Origin: Alphaproteobacteria bacterium
GTDB taxonomy: Bacteria > Pseudomonadota > Alphaproteobacteria > UBA9219
DNA length: 64,000 bases
Reading direction: 5' to 3'
NCBI GenBank assembly: GCA_028866275.1
Contig: JAGWIK010000009.1
Location: forward strand, 8,339-72,338
Below the pieces are notes generated by a model. It did not search any database. It saw only the letters and a list, made by a program, of their open reading frames with translations, and was not told the origin of the DNA. A program made the position numbers and the translations under genes. This document shows positions 46,748 to 56,370 of the stretch, piece by piece (the stretch's first letter is position 1; each line of letters opens with the position of its first letter).

Positions 46748-47644
46748 TCAATGCTTTTGCGTCAGGGCTTGAATATCCGCTTTGCGACGGCGCAGGTCGG
46801 CACTTCGCGCATCGTCCTGTCCGGCAGCGTCATCCTCGTCACCGTCATCATTGGCGGCATCGGCATTATCTTCGCCGTCACCGGCATCCTGCTGCTTGTT
46901 CTTGAGTGCCGTGCGCAGGCAACGCTGGGCAGCCTTTAGGGAACGGCCCAGCGCGCGATGTGTGTCGCTGGCATCTTCATGCAGGTCGGACAGATCGGCG
47001 CTGTTATTGCTGTTGCAGTCATTCTGTTCCTCGATATTGTCCATTTGGTCGCCGAGGCTCTTGTGCCGTTCCATGGCGCGCTGCAAATGATCGGCGACAT
47101 CGTTGAGTTGCTTTTTGGTCGTGGCGGATAGTTTCTTGCCGGCGCGTGTCTGGGTATTGGTCATGGTTCGGTTCTCCTGAGGTTGCGCTCGTGCCGTCAC
47201 TGCCGCGCCGGGGTCGGCAGGCACCGAGCAAAAGGAACATTCCAGCAATTCCCATTTGGTGAAGCGCTGCCCACCATATGGTTTCTTGGGATCAAGCGGT
47301 TCGCTTTCGGATACGTCGAACCCGACGGACACGCCCGATACAATCCCATTTTTGACAAGACCGCGCACCTCATCGGCCTTGGGAGAGATGCCCATAGGCG
47401 CGAAAGTAATGCGCGCGCGAATTTTGTCGCCCTCGATCGCCAGATCAGCCGCGCGTCCTACCGGCACATCGGGATTGTGCTGCCAAAGGACGATGGGGTT
47501 AGCGAGGTAATTGGTCATGTCGCAGCCGGACGGCACGAGGATATGGCCGTCACGCGCCAAGGCTGAGGTCGAAATAATCACCTCGACTTCGTTTTCGCCA
47601 AGCGCGTTAATTTGCGCGGCAACTGCTGCACGCATCATTGTCAT
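46748..47644 (-). CDS. HK97-family prohead protease with acidic C-terminal extension
   Basis: N-terminal half matches the prohead peptidase pattern; acidic tail. Confidence 0.7.
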   Translation of the reverse strand: MTMMRAAVAAQINALGENEVEVIISTSALARDGHILVPSGCDMTNYLANPIVLWQHNPDVPVGRAADLAIEGDKIRARITFAPMGISPKADEVRGLVKNGIVSGVSVGFDVSESEPLDPKKPYGGQRFTKWELLECSFCSVPADPGAAVTARAQPQENRTMTNTQTRAGKKLSATTKKQLNDVADHLQRAMERHKSLGDQMDNIEEQNDCNSNNSADLSDLHEDASDTHRALGRSLKAAQRCLRTALKNKQQDAGDGEDNADAANDDGDEDDAAGQDDARSADLRRRKADIQALTQKH

Positions 47645-47662
47645 GTCTTTTCTCCAAGTTGT

Positions 47663-49012
47663 TTAAAGTTCGCCTTGCGGATCAAGCTGCGGGTCGGGAT
47701 CGCCGCTTGTGGGCACGCCAGGTTTCGGCAAGTTTCCGCTTTCCGGTCGTCCGGCTCCGTCTGGCGCCGTGCCCGTCATGTCGGAACCCAGCGCCGCCGT
47801 GTTGGCTGGCACCATGAGTTTGTCGCCGCCATCCACGGGCGGCAGGCCTTCGGAGCGGCGCACTTCGTTCGGCGTCAGGATTCCGGTCAGCACGCCGAGA
47901 CGCGCCGCGTTGTAGCGGGTCATGATGTCGGCGCGGAGCAGCTGCCCTTCGTCAAAATCAACTTCGATACCTTCCTTGTCGAGGCCGAAAACCTGTTCAA
48001 ATTTCTGCTCGGCGATGACCAGATCGGGCATCACCGTGTGATTGACATAGGCCTGTTCTTCCTCGGCGGGCGTGATTTTGCTCGACGCGCTGCCGACGAC
48101 ACCAAGGCGGCTTAAGGGCACGTCGTAGTAACGGGCGATGTCGGCGATTTGCAGATTACGCTGTTGAATAAATTCCAGATCGACGGAGGTCAGCTGAACG
48201 GCTTGCCATTCGACACCTTCCTCCAGCACCGCCGTTTGCCCGACATTCTGCAAGCCGCCTGTGAAGGCCTGCCATTGCTGCTTCAACCGTAAGGCGGCTT
48301 GTTCCGACAGGCGGGTTTTGGCTTTCAAGACACCGGATGGACGCGCGCCGTTACCGACCCAGCGCGACGCCTGTTGTTCAAGCCCCATTGCCAACCCGAT
48401 AGCGTCACGCGCTAGCCCAATCGTCGACACGCCGACCAGCGTGTTAAAACTGATGCCCCGCATATGGAACATATCCTCTTCGGGAACCGCCACCGGCATA
48501 TCCCGCAGCATAGCGATCTGCCAGAGGCCGATGCGGTTGACGTTGTAAAAGATCGAGCCGTCCGACGCTTCCAGAACCATAACGGCGTCGGGGTTGATAG
48601 GGATCAGCTCGACCGGATTCCCACGGCGATCGCGCAAAATCGCGGCATAAGCGTTGCCGCGCAGCAAATAACCGATCATCATCTGTTGCCAGAATTCAAA
48701 CCATGTTTGCTGCCGGTTCGGTCGTGCGAACAGTTTGGCGACGATATGGTCTTTAACCGGATCGCGCCCGCCGTCCTTGTTTGGGACGAACAAACGCGGT
48801 GTGCAGCGCGCGACATCTTTGGCGCGGATGGCGACACAGGCATAGACAGCGCTGACCGCCATCGCAGTTGCCTGCGAAATCATCAGCCCTGACGCGCTCG
48901 GCACTGAACCAAGCGGCGGGATCATGCCATAGGACGGCACACCCGCCGACGCGCGGCTTTGCTTCGGCGTGAAGGCACGCCCAATTGCAGTGAAGATTGC
49001 AGGAAGCTTCAT
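47663..49012 (-). CDS. phage portal protein (HK97 family)
   Basis: 449 aa; position between terminase and protease. Confidence 0.8.
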   Translation of the reverse strand: MKLPAIFTAIGRAFTPKQSRASAGVPSYGMIPPLGSVPSASGLMISQATAMAVSAVYACVAIRAKDVARCTPRLFVPNKDGGRDPVKDHIVAKLFARPNRQQTWFEFWQQMMIGYLLRGNAYAAILRDRRGNPVELIPINPDAVMVLEASDGSIFYNVNRIGLWQIAMLRDMPVAVPEEDMFHMRGISFNTLVGVSTIGLARDAIGLAMGLEQQASRWVGNGARPSGVLKAKTRLSEQAALRLKQQWQAFTGGLQNVGQTAVLEEGVEWQAVQLTSVDLEFIQQRNLQIADIARYYDVPLSRLGVVGSASSKITPAEEEQAYVNHTVMPDLVIAEQKFEQVFGLDKEGIEVDFDEGQLLRADIMTRYNAARLGVLTGILTPNEVRRSEGLPPVDGGDKLMVPANTAALGSDMTGTAPDGAGRPESGNLPKPGVPTSGDPDPQLDPQGEL

Positions 49013-49086
49013 CGCAGCAAAACTGACCTTTCAAGAAAAATGTGCATGCAGAGCCGCCAAATCAGATGCCAGCGGCGGCTCGCCGC

Positions 49087-50778
49087 TCATATCATCAGCA
49101 GTCCGCGTTCTTCGTAAACTGAGCCACCTTGCGCGGTCTGTAATCTTCCAATCGCCATAACGGCGGCGACAATCGCGTCAATGCGCTCGGTCGAGCGTTC
49201 TTTGTCCGGCTTTTCGTTACCGGCTGGATCGCGGCGCACGGTGACGTTCGACGCGCACCATGTGGCGACGGGGTTGTTGCCGTGCTGCAGCAAGCGTCCG
49301 ATCAACAAGCGCATAAATTCTGCTGCCGCTGGCCCCATGCTGATGAAGCCCTGACCAAATTCGACCATACTTATCCCTTCGTCCTGAAGGTTGCGTACCA
49401 ACTCGCCCGCGAAAGTGCGGTCGTAGGCAATTTCAAGAATGTTGAATCGTGTCGCCAGTTCCAGAATCTCGGCTTCGAGAAACTGAAAATCCGTCGTGTT
49501 GCCTTCGGTTGCGATCAAGTAACCCTGATCGCGCCAATGGGTGTAGGGCGCGCGGTCGCGCCTGACGCGCCGCAAAATGTCTTCCTGCGGGCACCAATGC
49601 CGCCAGATGATCTTCGTCTTTTCATTCGGTCGCTCCGGTGGAAAGACCAGCGCCAGCGACGACAAATCGTTGACGCGAGCCAAATCAAGACCACCGTAAC
49701 AAGTTCTGCCGACCAATTCATCCTCGTTAAAGGAGGTGGAACCGTCAGCCCACACGCCCATATCGATCCAGCGCGTGGCCTGTTCCGTCCATTCGTTGAG
49801 GCGCAGCCGCCGAATGGCGTTTTGCTGCGCGGGCATCTCGCGCGCTTCCTCAACCTGTCGTTTCAAATCCTCCGTTTTCACGGTAACGCCAAGGCTTGGA
49901 TTGGCCTTGATCCAGACGGCGGGGTTCGTCCAATCATCGCCATCGTCGATGGTAGCGATATAGGCAAACCAGCTATCGGCGGTTTCTGCCGATATCGATC
50001 CTTCCAGCGCCTTGACCGAAAACTCATGATGTTGCCAGCAAACTGACTGACGGTCATGACCTGCGGTCGTGATCTCGAATATCAGCGGCTGGCGCCGCGC
50101 GCCGGTCGCCGTGTTGAGTTTCTGAATGATTTCCGCATTCGGGTGCTCATGAACCTCGTCCACCGCCGCAAAATGCACATTAAGACCGTCCATCTTCGTG
50201 GCATCAGCCGACAGAGGCCGGAACCAGCTTGAGGTTGGCAGCACCGCCAGATTGTTGACGGTACGCGCAACCCGTGCGCGCAACGCCGGACTGGCGCTGA
50301 CCATGCGCTCGGCCTCGCCGAAGATGATCCGCGCCTGATCGCGGGTTGTGGCAGCGGCATAGACATGAGAGCCAAGCTCGCCGTCTGCCACCAGCGCATA
50401 GAGCGCGGTGCCAGCCAACAAAACCGACTTGCCGTTTTTGCGCGCCACCTCGACATAGGCCGTGCGGAAGCGCCGCAGCCCGTTCTTGCGCTTCCAGCCA
50501 TAGAGCGATCCAATGACAAAAGCCTGCCAAAGCTGAAGCTCGAACGGCTGTTCCGCCCATTCGCCAGTTGAATGGCGGAGGTGGCTGAAGAACGCGATGG
50601 CGTGCCGCGCCGCATCGCCGTCCCAGACCAACCCACGTTTCTTCCCATGGATCAGATCATCAAGATGCCGCTGGCAAGCCAGCCTGACCAGCTTTCCGGC
50701 GACGATCTTGCCGTCGATAACAGCGCGGGCGTAAGCCTCGACCGGACATGCCTTGGGCTTACGTCTCTTTACCGCCAT
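49087..50778 (-). CDS. terminase large subunit
   Basis: 563 aa; ATPase Walker A-like region near the N-terminus and a nuclease C-terminus. Confidence 0.85.
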   Translation of the reverse strand: MAVKRRKPKACPVEAYARAVIDGKIVAGKLVRLACQRHLDDLIHGKKRGLVWDGDAARHAIAFFSHLRHSTGEWAEQPFELQLWQAFVIGSLYGWKRKNGLRRFRTAYVEVARKNGKSVLLAGTALYALVADGELGSHVYAAATTRDQARIIFGEAERMVSASPALRARVARTVNNLAVLPTSSWFRPLSADATKMDGLNVHFAAVDEVHEHPNAEIIQKLNTATGARRQPLIFEITTAGHDRQSVCWQHHEFSVKALEGSISAETADSWFAYIATIDDGDDWTNPAVWIKANPSLGVTVKTEDLKRQVEEAREMPAQQNAIRRLRLNEWTEQATRWIDMGVWADGSTSFNEDELVGRTCYGGLDLARVNDLSSLALVFPPERPNEKTKIIWRHWCPQEDILRRVRRDRAPYTHWRDQGYLIATEGNTTDFQFLEAEILELATRFNILEIAYDRTFAGELVRNLQDEGISMVEFGQGFISMGPAAAEFMRLLIGRLLQHGNNPVATWCASNVTVRRDPAGNEKPDKERSTERIDAIVAAVMAIGRLQTAQGGSVYEERGLLMI

Positions 50779-51226
50779 TCAGATATTCCTCGAACGGGTC
50801 AACGGTTTCGGATGGTGCCTCCATACGGATACGCGACCGCGACGAAGGCGTCAGGCCGAATTCGCCTTCGATCTGCGCCATCTGCAGCAGGCATTTGTTC
50901 GCCACCGCCAAAAACGGGTTCTGGATGATGTTGTCGCTGGTGGTCTTAACGACGGGGCCGCGCTTTTTGATCTCGGCCTCGGCGTCGACCCATCGGCACC
51001 ACACCACCGCATAGCGGGCGAGCGCGCCGGCATCGAGTTCCGTCATCACACCGTAACGCGCCAGCGTTTTTGCCAGCTCCGTGAACTTGGCTTTGGCACG
51101 GTCATCGAGATGCGACGGCGGTTCGGGGATGGTTACCGGCGGCTTTGGTTCTTTCTTGTTCAACCGACCAGGCCGCGCCGTTCCCTTGACCAGCTTGAGA
51201 TGCGTGGGCAACGGTTTTCCCACCAT
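50759..51226 (-). CDS. terminase small subunit, P27 family
   Basis: N-terminus GKPLPTHLKLVKGTARPGRLNKKEP; overlaps TerL. Confidence 0.7.
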   Translation of the reverse strand: MVGKPLPTHLKLVKGTARPGRLNKKEPKPPVTIPEPPSHLDDRAKAKFTELAKTLARYGVMTELDAGALARYAVVWCRWVDAEAEIKKRGPVVKTTSDNIIQNPFLAVANKCLLQMAQIEGEFGLTPSSRSRIRMEAPSETVDPFEEYLNGGKET

Positions 51227-51241
51227 GATGAACTCCTGCGG

Positions 51242-52456
51242 CTATGTATCCAATTTAGCCTCCTTGCCCGTGAACTCTTCCCAGCGCTTGACGATGACGT
51301 CGCAATATTTGGGATCGAGTTCGATCAATCGCGCCTGCCGATCCGCTTTTTCACAGGCGATCAGCGTGGTTCCAGAACCGCCAAAGCAGTCCAGAACGAT
51401 GTCGCGGCTCTTGCTGCTGTTGCGGACGGAGCGTTCGACCAGCTCGACCGGCTTCATGGTTGGGTGCAGATCGTTGACACGCGGTTTGTTGACGAACCAG
51501 ACGTCGCCCTGATCGCGCGCGCCGCACCAGAAACGGTCAATGCCTTGCTTCCAGCCGTAGAGGATGGGTTCGTACTGCCGCTGATAATCGGCGCGCCCCA
51601 GCGTGAAGGTGTTTTTCGCCCAAATGACGAAGGTCGACCATTTGCCGCCAGCCTCAACAAATGCCTTCTGCAGCGTGTGAAGCTCGCTCGACGACATGCA
51701 AACATAGATCGCGCCTTTGCAGACGGCGAGCATATTGACGCAGACATCGTACAGAAACTGCTCAAACCCGTCGCCGAGATTATCATTCAGGATGGCGCGG
51801 TTCTTGCCGCGCATCTTGTCTTTGGGCGTATTGGCGTAATTGACGTTATATGGCGGGTCGGTAAAGACCATGTCCGCCAACGCGCCATCAAGGACTTTCT
51901 CGACATTCGCCAACACCGTGCTGTCGCCGCAGAGCAGACGATGATTGCCGAGGATGTAAACATCGCCTGGCTTTGTTTTGGGTTCCACCGGAGCTTCGGG
52001 AACCGCATCCTCGTCGGTCAGGCCGTCGGATTCATCTTCCGTCAGGCTTTTCAGCTCGTCGGCGCTGAAGCCCGTCAGACCGAGGTCGAAACCAGCGTCT
52101 TTCAGTTCACCCAATTCGAGGGCGAGCAATTCATCATTCCAACCGGCGTTCAACGCCAGTTTGTTATCGGCGATGACATAGGCCTGTTTTTGAAGCGGCG
52201 TCAGGTGAGCCAAGGCGATCACGGGCACTCTGGTTATACCGAGTTTGTGGGCGGCGAGAATGCGGCCATGCCCAGCGATAACGCCGCCGTCGCCGTCCAC
52301 GAGGATCGGGTTCGTCCATCCGAATTCCTTCATACTCTCCGCGATTTGTTCGACCTGCGCGTCCGTGTGGGTTCGGGCATTCCGCGCATAGGCGACAAGG
52401 CTGTCGATCGGGCGATATTCGACCGCCAGATCGCGTAACTTGGCGTCTTCCGCCAT
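51242..52456 (-). CDS. ParB-like nuclease domain fused to a DNA N6-adenine / N4-cytosine methyltransferase
   Basis: N-terminal ParB-N pattern (GHGRILAAHKLG); DPPYNVNY motif IV. Confidence 0.8.
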   Translation of the reverse strand: MAEDAKLRDLAVEYRPIDSLVAYARNARTHTDAQVEQIAESMKEFGWTNPILVDGDGGVIAGHGRILAAHKLGITRVPVIALAHLTPLQKQAYVIADNKLALNAGWNDELLALELGELKDAGFDLGLTGFSADELKSLTEDESDGLTDEDAVPEAPVEPKTKPGDVYILGNHRLLCGDSTVLANVEKVLDGALADMVFTDPPYNVNYANTPKDKMRGKNRAILNDNLGDGFEQFLYDVCVNMLAVCKGAIYVCMSSSELHTLQKAFVEAGGKWSTFVIWAKNTFTLGRADYQRQYEPILYGWKQGIDRFWCGARDQGDVWFVNKPRVNDLHPTMKPVELVERSVRNSSKSRDIVLDCFGGSGTTLIACEKADRQARLIELDPKYCDVIVKRWEEFTGKEAKLDT

Positions 52457-52458
52457 CG

Positions 52459-52467
52459 CCCCCCCCC
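52459..52467. repeat. 9-nt homopolymeric C/G tract 2 nt upstream of the ParB-methylase start codon (RBS region)
   Basis: mRNA reads AAGGGGGGGGGCG-AUG; candidate slipped-strand phase-variation site. Confidence 0.6.
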
Positions 52468-52548
52468 TTCGTCATTCTGGCTGTGGATACGAAAAACCCA
52501 AAATCGGTCGCATCATCAAAAGGTGGCCAGGTTTTAACCGCCCCCCGT

Positions 52549-52830
52549 CTAATGACGTCCGCGTCCGTGAATTTTGTTGTGGCAGCCGCGATGTACGGCT
52601 GCGAGATTGCTTGGATCGTCCGTGCCACCATGCCGCTTCTCGACAAGGTGGTGCGCCGTGTCGGCGCCGGGCTGGCCGCAGACATGACAGACGCCACCGT
52701 CCCGCGCGATCACCGATGCCGCTAGCTTGCGCCACGCCTGCGTGCCGTAGGCACGGTCGATGCCGTCGCGGCGGACGCGCTTTGCCGGCGCCCAGCCGTG
52801 CGGACGGTGGACGGGCGGCTTCCATGGCAT
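52549..52830 (-). CDS. HNH endonuclease
   Basis: CHVC...HHLVEKRHGG...HRGCHNKIH zinc-finger HNH motif; near the terminase as in cos-packaging phages. Confidence 0.8.
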   Translation of the reverse strand: MPWKPPVHRPHGWAPAKRVRRDGIDRAYGTQAWRKLAASVIARDGGVCHVCGQPGADTAHHLVEKRHGGTDDPSNLAAVHRGCHNKIHGRGRH

Positions 52831-52836
52831 GTTTGT

Positions 52837-53340
52837 TTAATCGGCGCGGTGGATCAGCTTGGCGCGTCCGGCCATCATCCCCAGCAGGCGGTCGACGACA
52901 TCGGCGCTGTGGCCGCCGATGTGCCATTCGCGTACCGCCGTGATCTCTGGGTACTTGTCGGCATAGGCGTGGCTGTTCTTGTAATTGTAAATCGTGATGA
53001 CCGACTTGCCTGCGGGGCGGATGACCCATTCGGCTTCGGTTTTGTAGCCGTCACCTTTGGCTGGTTCGCCCCAAACCTCGACAAGGTCTTGGTAGCTGGC
53101 TTCAATGGTGGCGCGGTAGCTCGTGTCCTTCTTGCCAGCCTCGATAACGCGCGGCTTCGTCCGCGCCGCCTTGCGTCCGGCCTCGAAGGCGCAGAGCAAG
53201 GCGGTGCGCAAGCCCCAGACACTGACGTCGTGGAAGTCGAGGCTGTCGGCGTTGCGCGTTTCCAGCGTTTCTATCCGCAGTTGTTTCTTGGCGATCTCGG
53301 CGATGATGGCGTCGGCGTCGGTCATGGCTGCCTCCCTCAA
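52837..53340 (-). CDS. hypothetical phage protein
   Basis: ORF only. Confidence 0.3.
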   Translation of the reverse strand: MREAAMTDADAIIAEIAKKQLRIETLETRNADSLDFHDVSVWGLRTALLCAFEAGRKAARTKPRVIEAGKKDTSYRATIEASYQDLVEVWGEPAKGDGYKTEAEWVIRPAGKSVITIYNYKNSHAYADKYPEITAVREWHIGGHSADVVDRLLGMMAGRAKLIHRAD

Positions 53341-53567
53341 ACCGAACCGCGATGCATCAGCAGCGCGGTTTTGAACAAGGCCTCGATTTCTGGGATCTGG
53401 CTTTCAAAGCCAAGTACCGTACCGATGGCTAAATTCTGTTCGCCTTGCTCCATGGCAGCACTGGCTTCCTTGGCCAGTTGTGCCATCTCGGTCAGGCGTT
53501 GGGTTAGGCCTTCAAGATTGGCAGCGATGACCGTCTTGGTAACGCTTGCTTTGTCGGTGTTTTTCAT
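53337..53567 (-). CDS. small hypothetical phage protein
   Basis: ORF only; 4-nt overlap with the downstream gene. Confidence 0.25.
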   Translation of the reverse strand: MKNTDKASVTKTVIAANLEGLTQRLTEMAQLAKEASAAMEQGEQNLAIGTVLGFESQIPEIEALFKTALLMHRGSV

Positions 53568-53669
53568 GGCGTCCTCCGTTTGTTTACGACACCATGAACG
53601 CTCTTCTTCCGCTGATTATCAACGAAAGAAGCGATTGTTTCATTGCTAAGAATGGAGGCAGCGAGACCA

Positions 53670-54083
53670 TCAATGATCGCTCTGTGCTGGCGCAGCAATC
53701 TTATAGACCCGTTTTCCAAATTCAGGTTTGTTGGAAACGACGGAGTATCCGTTGGCCGGTTTTTCGGAAACGATTTGGTAACCACGTTTCTTAGCCAGCG
53801 CGTGCGAGAGCGCGGCGCGCACCGTATGTTTTTGCCAACCCGTCACGCCGATGATGTCGTCGATCGTCGCGCCTTCAGGGCGTTTCAGTAATTCGACAAT
53901 GGCTTCCAACTTGCTGACCTTGCCCACCGGCATCGTGGCGACCGCCTCCAGCGCCGCCTTCATCGGCACGCTCATTTCCGTATCGGGATGCTTGCCGTTG
54001 CTGGCGGGTTTGGCTTTTTTCGGGGCCGCCTTCGCTTTGGGGGCGGAAGGCTTTTTCGTTTTGTTCGTTTTCGGTTTGCTCAT
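53670..54083 (-). CDS. DUF3489-like protein with Lys/Pro/Ala-rich N-terminus
   Basis: Pattern WQKHTVRAALS and basic AKPK-rich N-terminus. Confidence 0.4.
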   Translation of the reverse strand: MSKPKTNKTKKPSAPKAKAAPKKAKPASNGKHPDTEMSVPMKAALEAVATMPVGKVSKLEAIVELLKRPEGATIDDIIGVTGWQKHTVRAALSHALAKKRGYQIVSEKPANGYSVVSNKPEFGKRVYKIAAPAQSDH

Positions 54084-54106
54084 GACGGTTTCCTTTCTGT
54101 TCATCC

Positions 54107-54643
54107 TCAGGCGCAATCGAACCAGCGCATGCATGTCGCCAGCAGATGGTTGTAATCGCCTGCGGAAGCCTCGCTCATGAAGGCTTTAATCTCATCGGCT
54201 GGCACGCCAGCCTTGCGCGCCGTGCCTTGGCAGCGACCGAGAATGTAAAAAGCGTTGCCGTCCTTTCCCGTCAGTTGCACATGGACGTGCGGGTATTTTG
54301 TGGTCTGTTCCTGCGGTTCAACGCGGATGCCCACATAACGCGCGTAACTGTGGCCTTCCGGATTGACGTAGAGCGGTTCGCGTCCAGGCGCGGTGATTTC
54401 AATCGCCATAATCAAGCCGTTTCGTGAGCCACCTTTGCCGTCGAGCCAGTCGCGGCTGGCGTAAAAATCCTGCGCAAAGGCATCGTATTCTTCCGCGCTC
54501 ATCGCCTTGGTTTCGACGATTGTCGTGTCCAGCGGGTCAAGCCCGAAGGAACTTTCCTTGACATCGTCGATGCATGACGGCTTGCGGGCGTATCCGACTT
54601 TGATTGTTCCGTTCATGGATGCCTCTTTGCTAATCACGCACAC
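54107..54643 (-). CDS. hypothetical phage protein
   Basis: ORF only. Confidence 0.3.
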   Translation of the reverse strand: MCVISKEASMNGTIKVGYARKPSCIDDVKESSFGLDPLDTTIVETKAMSAEEYDAFAQDFYASRDWLDGKGGSRNGLIMAIEITAPGREPLYVNPEGHSYARYVGIRVEPQEQTTKYPHVHVQLTGKDGNAFYILGRCQGTARKAGVPADEIKAFMSEASAGDYNHLLATCMRWFDCA

Positions 54644-54870
54644 ATGAACGCTTCATTCGCGGAGATTATCCACTCAATTAGCGAGCAATCTTATGGCTTT
54701 CTGCAGTGCGCGCCGATCCTCCTCGGACAAATCAGCTTTTGCTGGCCGGTCATTGTTTTCATGGTCGGATCATGTCGAACAGTATGACCATGTATCGGCA
54801 AATTCGGCATTCATGGTCGAACATGTTCACAGTATCCGACAGTGAAAATCATACGAACAAATCCCCATGC

Positions 54871-56331
54871 TCACTCGTCACGGGCTGCAGCAGCCGTGAG
54901 AGTTCGGAACGCATAAGCTGCAGCCAGCGGCACAACCCCGTTGCCGCAGACGCGCAATCTGTCCACCCGATAGGCCATCCCATCAGCCATTCGACAAACG
55001 GCGGGTTTAAGGTGAGAGGGAACGCGCTCCCATTCGTCATGCTCCGAGGGGCCTGGCGGCCAAGCAGGCAATTCGTCTCCACATCCGCCGTCGCCGTCCC
55101 GTCCTTCCAGTCGCGCGTCGTCGGCGTCGCCCATGCCTCCACAATTTCCGTCCGGTTCATCCCGCTCGACCGTTTGCCCGAACAGGCGCGCGGTGTCGGC
55201 CATGTCTTGCTGGCCTCCGTCAGGCTGATGCCGTGATCCGAGCTTGTGCTGCCCGGTTCCTGCGCTCGTGGCGTCGGCCATTGCGCTCTTGCTACGCGAT
55301 AACGTCCGCCGCTTTTTGCCTTTGCCAGATCCTGTTTGGTGTAGGGGAAGCCTTGCGGTTGAAGAACCGTCTCGGCAAGGCTCGGTGTACGCAGGACATT
55401 TCTCCCGTCCTTGCGGATCATCTTTTCTGGAGGCCGTGCGCGTTGCACCAGAGAATCCGTCGCTGTCGCCGTCGGCCACAAGGCCGTCTGCGCCGTAAGT
55501 GATCCGAAGCATCGATCCGTCCGGTCGCCGTTGCGCTTTATGAAACTGTCCTGCTTCTCGGTCGTTTCCTGCGCGCGCGGAGTCAGCCAAAGCTGGGCGC
55601 TGACTTCCAGCCGTCCCTTCGGATTCCCAGCCAAAATCTCTCTGCGTGAAGCCTCGTTCGCCGAAGACACCCGCGCGGTAGGCCAGGATGAACAGTCGTT
55701 CGCGTTTGTGGGACGCACCGACTTCTGCCGCTGTAAACAAGCCAGCCTTAACGCGGTAACCCATTGATCGAAGGTCATCATGGACTTGTTCGAAGCCCAA
55801 TCGTAGATGTCCGCCGACATTTTCGAAGAAGCAGATCGGCGGTTTGATTGCACGGACGATGCGGGCGATGTGCGGCCAGAGGTGGCGCGGGTCTTTGTCG
55901 CCGAGCTTGCGCCCCGCGACGCTGAATGGCTGGCACGGATAGCCGCCATGGATGATATCCACCGCTTTGCGCCACGCTTTGCCGTCAAAGGATTTAACGT
56001 CGTCCCAGAGAGGCGCGCGATCCAGGGTCGCGTTTTCCATCCGTGCCACGAGAGTGGCCGCGGCATAGGCGTCCCGCTCGACGTAACAAACAGTTCGATA
56101 GTTTGGGATGGCGATGTGAAGGCCGAGGTCGAGGCCACCGACGCCCGCGCAGAGCGAGATCCCGCGCAAGCTCCGCCCGCCATCAGTTGCGTCAACGCAT
56201 CCGGCGGTAGATAGAGCCATGCCATTCAAACCATACTCCTGAATTTCATTTGTGGTCGAGAATAAAACACGCGATGTGACGGCCCGTGCCTTTGCCCTGG
56301 GATCCATCTTCGATGGCGCACCAGCGGACAT
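54871..56331 (-). CDS. DNA cytosine-5 methyltransferase
   Basis: Motif I LCAGVGG, motif IV GGYPCQPFS, motif VI ENVGG. Confidence 0.85.
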   Translation of the reverse strand: MSAGAPSKMDPRAKARAVTSRVLFSTTNEIQEYGLNGMALSTAGCVDATDGGRSLRGISLCAGVGGLDLGLHIAIPNYRTVCYVERDAYAAATLVARMENATLDRAPLWDDVKSFDGKAWRKAVDIIHGGYPCQPFSVAGRKLGDKDPRHLWPHIARIVRAIKPPICFFENVGGHLRLGFEQVHDDLRSMGYRVKAGLFTAAEVGASHKRERLFILAYRAGVFGERGFTQRDFGWESEGTAGSQRPALADSARAGNDREAGQFHKAQRRPDGSMLRITYGADGLVADGDSDGFSGATRTASRKDDPQGREKCPAYTEPCRDGSSTARLPLHQTGSGKGKKRRTLSRSKSAMADATSAGTGQHKLGSRHQPDGGQQDMADTARLFGQTVERDEPDGNCGGMGDADDARLEGRDGDGGCGDELPAWPPGPSEHDEWERVPSHLKPAVCRMADGMAYRVDRLRVCGNGVVPLAAAYAFRTLTAAAARDE

Positions 56332-56370
56332 CGCCGAGATTACGAACCGTTGCGCCAGCGGCGAGCATCA

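Noticed and set aside
45833-46939. 368-aa plus-strand ORF, with similar long plus-strand ORFs at 42188-43252, 44495-45217, 38939-39879 and 29164-30009
   Set aside because: They are antisense to well-supported phage capsid, tail, tape-measure and lysis genes. They have low-complexity Arg/Gly-rich translations and no RBS.
50753-52438. 561-aa plus-strand ORF
   Set aside because: It lies antisense across the terminase small subunit and ParB-methylase genes. Its Arg/Ala/Gly/Asp-rich composition is typical of antisense frames of GC3-rich genes. The sense-strand genes have clear domain signatures.
54706-55236. 176-aa plus-strand ORF spanning the operator-like region and the 3' end of the C5 methylase
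   Set aside because: Antisense to the methylase; the repeat-rich DNA is more likely regulatory.
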